IMG/VR virus record: IMGVR_UViG_3300042691_020140
Coordinates: 12,100 to 76,099 of that record
DNA: 64,000 bases
DNA from: a virus
Reading direction: 5' to 3' (one strand)
Positions 57,801 to 64,000 of this stretch are shown here, piece by piece. The position numbers and the translations under genes were made by a program. Position 1 is the first letter of the stretch. Each line of letters starts with the position of its first letter. The notes under the pieces were generated by a model. It saw nothing but the letters and a program-made list of their open reading frames with translations. It made no database searches and was not told the DNA's origin.

Positions 57801-57987
57801 TGGTTGACATATTGTTGAATTAGCTATTCTTAAGAGTTGCTGAAGTCAACCAATCAATTAGTACCTTGACCTGACTGACGTTTAAACGTCCCAGTTTAAA
57901 TGTAGTTGCGGAAGTCAGTCAATCAAAAAATCAGGTTGGCGTTTGGCTATGTGCAATATAGTTTAATTAGTATGCTGAAACCAACCT
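57801..57987 (-). ncRNA. Three tandem CAGCAA stem-loop elements in the leader of the DUF2828 gene
   Basis: 57801-57852, 57872-57921, 57933-57987; different but complementary 7-8 bp closing stems, conserved TTCAGCAA-like motif, inner hairpin. Confidence 0.7.
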
Positions 57988-57994
57988 ATAAGTA

Positions 57995-58023
57995 AGTATA
58001 CCACGTTGTCTACTACTTGTCAA
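57995..58023 (-). promoter_or_regulatory. Consensus sigma70 promoter for the CAGCAA/DUF2828/tRNA transcript
   Basis: TTGACA-17-TATACT, TG extension; predicted +1 at about 57988. Confidence 0.8.
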
Positions 58024-58402
58024 GAGGTGAGGTAATGATTGCTCGGTTATTGTCAAACGTTGCCCATTTACCCCAACACGCCTTGCTAGAAGACCAGTGT
58101 TTCCACCCGTAACCATTGTCCCACAATTTGTAGAACATGTCAAGTTGCTTAGAACCGGGTGCATCTTTAGCATGTCCCTCAGTACCAGTCAACCAAGCCC
58201 ACGTCTTGTCATTGAATTGAAATGCCCCAGTGTCATTGGTATGACTAACCGCATCCCACGAGATTGTACCCCAATTAAGACCGTCCCCAGATTCACACGA
58301 ACTAATCGCAATAACTTCTGGCGTAACAGGAACCAACTTACAATACCCAAAGTCACAGACTTTAAAACTAATCTCTAACAAAACAAATAAAAGTAAACTC
58401 AA
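58013..58402 (-). CDS. Lysozyme-like/transglycosylase (Rpf/SLT-like) exported protein
   Basis: Signal-like N-terminus; CESG, GAFQF..KTW, GWKHW. Confidence 0.65.
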   Translation of the reverse strand: MSLLLFVLLEISFKVCDFGYCKLVPVTPEVIAISSCESGDGLNWGTISWDAVSHTNDTGAFQFNDKTWAWLTGTEGHAKDAPGSKQLDMFYKLWDNGYGWKHWSSSKACWGKWATFDNNRAIITSPLDK

Positions 58403-58445
58403 TAGTACCTCCTAAATTTGATTACATGACTTATTATATCATGTT

Positions 58446-59432
58446 TTAGACATTTGTCAAATCACTTAAGTGAATGACTTTATCTACAGCAGCTGTCTTA
58501 CCGTCCCAAGACATTAGGCGGAGTGTGTTGTAGTTACTTACTACCGCATACCCACACTGGATTGCTGGATAGGAATTGAAAGATGCTTTCTTGTAATAAA
58601 TATTCTCAGGGACAAGAGCCGCACCAACAGAGATACCATAGTGACTGCTATCGTTCTCGGTATAAATACCACGGATGTGGTCATGATTTACGATTGCGTG
58701 TCTATTATACTGCTGTGCAATTTTCCAAGCCAAGAAGCCCGGAACCTGATTCCACTCTTCCAGATGACCCACGATAGCATTGTTGTTAAGGTAAACATAA
58801 CCATACTGCGATACAGTAATACCATGAGTACCCAGCATCTCATCAATCAACTGCTTCATCTGCATCTCGAAGTAATCAAGAACCCATCCATCATGGTTGC
58901 CCGGTAGTACATACACATCATTAAACATTGTATCAAAGTATCGTAAATAATGACGCATGTAGTTTAACTCATCCGTCGCTGGTGCGGTATATTCCGGGGG
59001 GTTTTTGTGCCTCCCTGTGAACTGACCGTCAATCAAATCACCTGCTAAAATAAGCGTATCAATATTGTTACGGTGACTATCTTCCATCACTGCTTCTACC
59101 AACGCTCTGTCTACATGAGGACAATGTAAGTCACCCATAATGATAACGTCTTTAGCGTTAACTGTAGGAGCAGGTGGGAGATTCATAATATATTGTTCTG
59201 GAAGCTCAGTAGGGTCTCCGATGTAAGGGTCTTCCGGTCTCGGTAGAATCTTACGTCGTTCTAATTTCATCACAGAAACTTCAGAGTCTCTCTGTAGTTC
59301 GGCGATGTACTTTCGCAAAGCACCGGCATAGTCCGGATCACCTAGAAGTATTTCGGCAATTTGCCGGAAAGTAATTCTAGATTTCTCAGCTTTCATTCGT
59401 AGTGCTTCTTGTACAATTTCAGTTGTAATCAT
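58446..59432 (-). CDS. Calcineurin-like metallophosphoesterase
   Basis: GDLH, GDLID, GNHD, HDH. Confidence 0.8.
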   Translation of the reverse strand: MITTEIVQEALRMKAEKSRITFRQIAEILLGDPDYAGALRKYIAELQRDSEVSVMKLERRKILPRPEDPYIGDPTELPEQYIMNLPPAPTVNAKDVIIMGDLHCPHVDRALVEAVMEDSHRNNIDTLILAGDLIDGQFTGRHKNPPEYTAPATDELNYMRHYLRYFDTMFNDVYVLPGNHDGWVLDYFEMQMKQLIDEMLGTHGITVSQYGYVYLNNNAIVGHLEEWNQVPGFLAWKIAQQYNRHAIVNHDHIRGIYTENDSSHYGISVGAALVPENIYYKKASFNSYPAIQCGYAVVSNYNTLRLMSWDGKTAAVDKVIHLSDLTNV

Positions 59433-59845
59433 TCTATCTCCACAAAGTTTTCGTAGATTTTTGTAAGTACGTCTTGTGCGGCAATTCTCAGAGGCTTATC
59501 TACTCTGCGAATAATCATTGCGTCGTCTAGTTGCAGTACTTCACCGAGTACAGCAAAGGTATACAGCAAAGTATCTTGTACTTCCTGAGTCATTGCACCT
59601 ACCATCTCTGCAATCTCCTCTGGTGAATATCCTATAGAGTAACGCACTAGATAAAAAGGGGCTAGTGCGCTACGTTCTACGAGTAAACCATACACCGATT
59701 GGTATGCTGCCTGAATCTCCACAACTTCTTCAAAAGATAATTTACCCTTGTAGAAATCTCTAAATTTTTCCCTAACTATCGTCTTGGACACTTTCTTCTC
59801 CCCAGCAAACGCTATAGAAATGACATACTTTTTCACAGAATCCAC
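59429..59845 (-). CDS. Hypothetical protein (sigma region 4/HTH-like)
   Basis: GYSPEEIAEMVG motif; start uncertain. Confidence 0.45.
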   Translation of the reverse strand: MDSVKKYVISIAFAGEKKVSKTIVREKFRDFYKGKLSFEEVVEIQAAYQSVYGLLVERSALAPFYLVRYSIGYSPEEIAEMVGAMTQEVQDTLLYTFAVLGEVLQLDDAMIIRRVDKPLRIAAQDVLTKIYENFVEIE

Positions 59846-60515
59846 TCTTAGGGATTTTTGTATACTCAGTGTCTGCTATAATTTGTCTAATATCATCGGC
59901 GATAATCTCAATTCGTTTGTCTAAGTCGCTAAGAACGTCCGCCTCTAAAAACTCATGAGTTCTTAAATGATGCCAGTAAACCTTATCAGGTAGAACTCCA
60001 TACAACTCTCTGTAAGCCCAAGCATACAGAGTAAACTGGTAATTCTCAGATAGTTTCTTGAGAGACGGTTTAACCTTAGTTGACTTATGGTCAATGATTA
60101 CACCACCACTAATAATCATATCGATTACCCCTCTTAAGGTGCAAACCGGCGATTCTTTGTTAGGAAAAGGTAGACTAAAAGCCATCTCAAGCTCAGTCGG
60201 TTTTAGCGACCAGTCTAAGGAGTCTAGAATAGCTTGACCTAACAAAGCAACCTGTGTCGGACTATCTTTACCGACAGTACCAACTGAAGACTCAGCGTAA
60301 GATACACCGTTGTAAAATTCCTTATTGAAAGTTAACTTAGGTGGTGTAGCATTAGCGTAGAACTCTTCGATGGATTTATGGAGGGCACTCCCAAGCACCG
60401 TAAGAATGTGCTTGGGCTCCTCCTGTTTATCAATGTATTTAAATTTATACAGTCTAGGACAAGTCTTGTAGGTATTAATCCTAGATGCACTAAACTCAGG
60501 TAGCGTCGTAGTCAC
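59772..60515 (-). CDS. PD-(D/E)XK nuclease (RecB/Cas4-like exonuclease)
   Basis: SASRINTYKTCPR, GVID, IDHKS, QFTLY, C-terminal Cys cluster. Confidence 0.85.
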   Translation of the reverse strand: MTTTLPEFSASRINTYKTCPRLYKFKYIDKQEEPKHILTVLGSALHKSIEEFYANATPPKLTFNKEFYNGVSYAESSVGTVGKDSPTQVALLGQAILDSLDWSLKPTELEMAFSLPFPNKESPVCTLRGVIDMIISGGVIIDHKSTKVKPSLKKLSENYQFTLYAWAYRELYGVLPDKVYWHHLRTHEFLEADVLSDLDKRIEIIADDIRQIIADTEYTKIPKSGFCEKVCHFYSVCWGEESVQDDS

Positions 60516-60864
60516 TTTCTGTTACCTCCAATCGTAACTTAGCAGTGTAAGCTGCTGATGAGAACATAGATTTGCGGTACTCCAGAGACTTAACTAACGT
60601 TTCCTGTACTGCTGTTTTCGCTTCAATATCTGCCAATGAGTCCTTGAGTACTGACGTTGCTTGTAAACGCCGACTCCGGGCCTCGTTCGACCGTGGTCGT
60701 TCCTCTTCGATGGACACTTGTTCTTCAACTCTTTCTATCTCCCGTTTAAGTCGAATAGTTTGCGCCCTTAGTTCTCCGAGTCTTTCGTATGCCTTAGTCA
60801 TATCATAGTAGTCAGGCACGTTATCAATCCACTCGTGAATCTTACTTCTTGGTAGTAAACTCAT
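60496..60864 (-). CDS. Coiled-coil protein (possible recombination mediator)
   Basis: Between recA and nuclease. Confidence 0.5.
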   Translation of the reverse strand: MSLLPRSKIHEWIDNVPDYYDMTKAYERLGELRAQTIRLKREIERVEEQVSIEEERPRSNEARSRRLQATSVLKDSLADIEAKTAVQETLVKSLEYRKSMFSSAAYTAKLRLEVTESDYDAT

Positions 60865-61810
60865 TAATTAATTCCCTTTCTACCAACAGACGAATCTCGT
60901 CCATTGGGAACAGCTCGATTGCAGTATCTGAACCCTGTGCTTTAGTACCATTGTACTCATACCATGAACCGCTCTTACGTACAATTCCTTGCTCTATAGC
61001 TAAGTCCATGATGTCGTGGTTAGCAGATACTCCTTGACCCTTAATCATAGTGTACTCAACTTTCATACCCTCTGCCGCTTGCTTATTCTTAGACACAGTC
61101 AGCTGAATAGTAGAGCGTGTTTCTTCTGTCTTGATTTTTACTAGCTCCAAGATAATCTTAGAGAAATATCGTAAAGCTCTGGGACCGAATGGCTTCTTCT
61201 CTGACCTAGCCATAGGTGAGAGGTTAGCTCTATACTGATTGATGAAGATAAACAAAGCGTCTGAGTTATCTACCAAACCAAGCAAACGGATTAACCAACG
61301 TGATAAGATGTTAGCAGATCCGGCCATTCTGGCCGGCTCATCAACGTCTTTCTCGAACTCGTCTTTCGTAATCATAGCCGGTACACTATCGAACACTACC
61401 AACTGAAGTCCCTCAGAGAGTAACTGCTCTAGAGCAGGTAAAGCTTTCTCTGCGAAGTCAGGTTTGTATACTGCTAATTTACTTGTGTCTACTCCAATCT
61501 TCTTAGCGTACTCTGGGTCAAAGGTACGCTCTAAATCTACAAACACAGCGTTAACTGTTACTGTAGACTTACCCAACTTAATGTCTACTGTCTTTAGGTT
61601 GCCAGACTTTTGAGCTTGTGCAATAAAGTCTAGTGCGAGGGTGGTTTTTCCGTGCCCCGGTTCAGCTAACAACTGCACAATACTACCGCCCTGAATTCCC
61701 CTTAAATCACCTAGAGCTACGTTAACAGACGGTAAACTTGACCGAAAGTAAGTGTGCTCCTTAGTAGTGTCCCCTAACATCATTCCATCGAACGTAATCT
61801 GTCTAGCCAA
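60842..61810 (-). CDS. recA: RecA-like recombinase
   Basis: EPGHGKTT, DLERTFDP, VVFDSV, FINQYR, KSGSWY. Confidence 0.92.
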   Translation of the reverse strand: MARQITFDGMMLGDTTKEHTYFRSSLPSVNVALGDLRGIQGGSIVQLLAEPGHGKTTLALDFIAQAQKSGNLKTVDIKLGKSTVTVNAVFVDLERTFDPEYAKKIGVDTSKLAVYKPDFAEKALPALEQLLSEGLQLVVFDSVPAMITKDEFEKDVDEPARMAGSANILSRWLIRLLGLVDNSDALFIFINQYRANLSPMARSEKKPFGPRALRYFSKIILELVKIKTEETRSTIQLTVSKNKQAAEGMKVEYTMIKGQGVSANHDIMDLAIEQGIVRKSGSWYEYNGTKAQGSDTAIELFPMDEIRLLVERELINEFTTKK

Positions 61811-62010
61811 TCGTCACCTCCTAAAGTTGCTTTAATAACATTTATAGCCTTTAACTGAGCCTCTAGTCTAGTTCTTCCAGTAACCCTCTCGTGAAGTACC
61901 ACACTATCAGCGGTACTGCAATGAAGAACAACACAACACCAAAAACTACGTCCATCTTGACCTCCTGTAACCACGATTTCATACAGTTTATCCTCCTCTC
62001 TACTTGTCAT
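61780..62010 (-). CDS. Hypothetical protein
   Basis: 76 aa between polA and recA. Confidence 0.45.
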   Translation of the reverse strand: MTSREEDKLYEIVVTGGQDGRSFWCCVVLHCSTADSVVLHERVTGRTRLEAQLKAINVIKATLGGDDWLDRLRSME

Positions 62011-63925
62011 ATTTATTTGAGATGGCAGGTTCTACTATAACCGTATTACCTAAGTTAGGTAGTACTTCTCTAGCAGCTTCTTCCATAGCCTCCTTAAGAA
62101 TCTTAGACGCTGTATCAGCATACATAGCACTTGACTCTACAATAATTTCATCGTGCACTGTAGATACAATGCGTGCCTTTTTATTGTCGAGTCTATTGAA
62201 GGCGTACACCAAAGCTAGCTTAACCATAGAAGCTGACAGAGCTTGAATTGGGAAGTTCATAGCCTCTCGCTCAGCAGCGGCCACTTTCCATTTGTTACCA
62301 AACTCGCTTCTATCCCAGAATCGCATACGACCATACCCGTCTTTTACATTACCGTACAAGACTACAGACCGGGCACTCTTACGTAGCCACTGCGCCGCTT
62401 GAGGGAATCGACTCTTCCAGTCTTCGATAATTTGGTCAGCACGCTCGGCTGAAATCTTCTCACCTAAGGGCGAAAGAGCAATAGACATCTGCTTACCCAA
62501 GCTATCACCACCTACATTATAGGCAATAGAATAGTTAACCATCTTAGCCACGTCACGCCAGATTTTGTACGGGTGTTCTTTTTTGTTCTTGTTGGTGATT
62601 CCCTTAACCCCAAGAACTTCACGAGCCACATACGTATGCAAGTCCTCTAGGTTATTGATAAGACCCTCGTCACCGGATGCATCTGCAATGATAACAAGCT
62701 CAATGGTAGAATAGTCTGCGATGATTAACCTACGTCCATCAGCTACTTTGAAAGCGTGGCGAATACTCGAGTCAATACCTAGATTACGCATCTTCTGGTC
62801 TGACGGAATATTCTGTAGGTTAGGTGCAGAGCTAGAGAATCTACCCGTAGCTGCACCGTACTGCTTAAATGAGCAGTGAATACGACCAGTAACTGGGTTT
62901 CTCATAGTCGGTAAAGACTTGATGTACGTGCTATAAATCTTCTTAGTAGCTGTATAGAAAGAGTACGCTTGAATGTACTTGTTCTCAAAGCTACCAAACT
63001 TATCCATAGCATCACTAATGTCTTCCTCATCACTGAACTCAGAGAAATCAACCTCGAAGTTCTTTGCCTTTTTGCGGTTCTTGAAGTCCCACTGCATAAC
63101 GATTCGTGCATTGAGGCTTGGTACGTCAATACCTACTTTGTTGAACATCTCTACCATCTGCTTACTAGACGATGGATTAAATGCACTGTAACCGTCCCGT
63201 GAAAAAACAATCTGATTACATACTCCGGCACTAATAAACATGTCCTGCAACATACGCTCAGACTCTAACAAGATTCTCTCGAACTGTGGGTCTAGCTGTA
63301 GTAAATGATTGTCATCAAACGGCATACCGGTAAACTCAATCATAGCTACCACTGGACATAAGTCCATCTCAAGTTTGTGTACTTTCTGTAGTTCGTGTTG
63401 TTCAATCTCTACAACCTGAAGAGCCTGAATCATAGGAAGTACAAGAACGTCACGAACAGCGTAGTCGATTTGTTCCTGACTAAGCTCACTAATCTCACCC
63501 TCAGTAAATGTAGAGCGGATAGTTTTGTCAAGTTTAATCTTAAGCCTACGCTCTGCGACTGCTTGAAGCGAGTTCATCATGCGAGGCATACCAGCGGTCA
63601 ACATCTGTTCAGTAATCATCGTGTCGTAGATATTACGACATAGAATATTGGACAGCTTGTAAATAATCTTCAAGTCGTAGGAAGCGTTGTGAAATACTTT
63701 AAGGCTATTATTAGACCACACTGGGTTAAGCAGACTTAAATCTACCGTACCAGTGCAGTCAATAACATAGGCACTAACCCCATCATAAAGCTGAATCATG
63801 AGAATTCTAGCTTGATGGGGGTCAAGGTGGGTGGTCTCCGTATCGATGTACAATACAGGGCACTGTACAAAGTGTGGAATAACTGATTGAAGATGTTGTG
63901 TTGATTTAATGATTGTGTAGTTCAT
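62000..63925 (-). CDS. polA: Family A DNA polymerase with 3'-5' exonuclease
   Basis: DTETT, HNASYD, TGRFSSSAPNLQNIP, ADYSTIEL, AKMVNY, NFPIQ, VHDE. Confidence 0.95.
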   Translation of the reverse strand: MNYTIIKSTQHLQSVIPHFVQCPVLYIDTETTHLDPHQARILMIQLYDGVSAYVIDCTGTVDLSLLNPVWSNNSLKVFHNASYDLKIIYKLSNILCRNIYDTMITEQMLTAGMPRMMNSLQAVAERRLKIKLDKTIRSTFTEGEISELSQEQIDYAVRDVLVLPMIQALQVVEIEQHELQKVHKLEMDLCPVVAMIEFTGMPFDDNHLLQLDPQFERILLESERMLQDMFISAGVCNQIVFSRDGYSAFNPSSSKQMVEMFNKVGIDVPSLNARIVMQWDFKNRKKAKNFEVDFSEFSDEEDISDAMDKFGSFENKYIQAYSFYTATKKIYSTYIKSLPTMRNPVTGRIHCSFKQYGAATGRFSSSAPNLQNIPSDQKMRNLGIDSSIRHAFKVADGRRLIIADYSTIELVIIADASGDEGLINNLEDLHTYVAREVLGVKGITNKNKKEHPYKIWRDVAKMVNYSIAYNVGGDSLGKQMSIALSPLGEKISAERADQIIEDWKSRFPQAAQWLRKSARSVVLYGNVKDGYGRMRFWDRSEFGNKWKVAAAEREAMNFPIQALSASMVKLALVYAFNRLDNKKARIVSTVHDEIIVESSAMYADTASKILKEAMEEAAREVLPNLGNTVIVEPAISNKYDK

Positions 63926-63931
63926 GATTGT

Positions 63932-63961
63932 ATTCTACCACATCTACATACATATTGTCAA
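63932..63961 (-). promoter_or_regulatory. Sigma70 promoter for polA (probably leaderless)
   Basis: TTGACA-18-TAGAAT ending 7 nt before the ATG. Confidence 0.6.
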
Positions 63962-64000
63962 GTATCAGACGAACACCATCACTCTTCACAACTACTGTTG

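Noticed and set aside
57801-57987. Reading the CAGCAA elements as simple terminators or degenerate tRNAs
   Set aside because: Loops are 35-40 nt with a conserved motif and no U-tract; no T-arm or D-arm consensus
59772-60515. Cas4 as part of a CRISPR adaptation system
   Set aside because: Context (recA, polA) fits a stand-alone phage recombination exonuclease; no cas1/cas2 or array

Overview
This window is part of a tailed dsDNA bacteriophage genome with siphovirus-like organisation. The host may be a Chloroflexota bacterium, a weak inference from the RadC and BMP-lipoprotein sequence style. Layout: (1) 1-17.3 kb, minus strand: tail, tape measure, neck, capsid, decoration and protease genes. 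(2) 17.5-32.5 kb, plus strand: C5 DNA methyltransferase, MazG-like enzyme, class II ribonucleotide reductase, intein-containing terminase, portal, lysis genes, an amino-methyltransferase, a BMP-family ABC lipoprotein, RNase H and VanW. (3) 32.8-50.9 kb: a highly modular array of about 30 individually promoted small-gene cassettes. They are separated by about 60 GGGG-N10/11-CCCC palindromes, carry 11-bp-periodic CTCTCAT boxes upstream of the promoters, and are headed by an HNH gene framed by a perfect 20-bp inverted repeat. (4) about 51 kb: candidate origin with DnaA boxes. (5) 51.4-64 kb, minus strand: DenV, methyltransferase, glycosyltransferase, ThyX, two tRNAs, a DUF2828 (TROVE/Ro60-like) gene with four copies of a stem-closed 'CAGCAA' RNA element, phosphoesterase, PD-(D/E)XK nuclease, RecA and DNA polymerase A. 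The best candidates for undescribed systems are the Ro60-like gene with its CAGCAA RNA repeats and tRNAs, and the palindrome-delimited cassette array. GATC is also strongly depleted in a context-specific way. All family assignments come from motif recognition by eye; no database searches were run.
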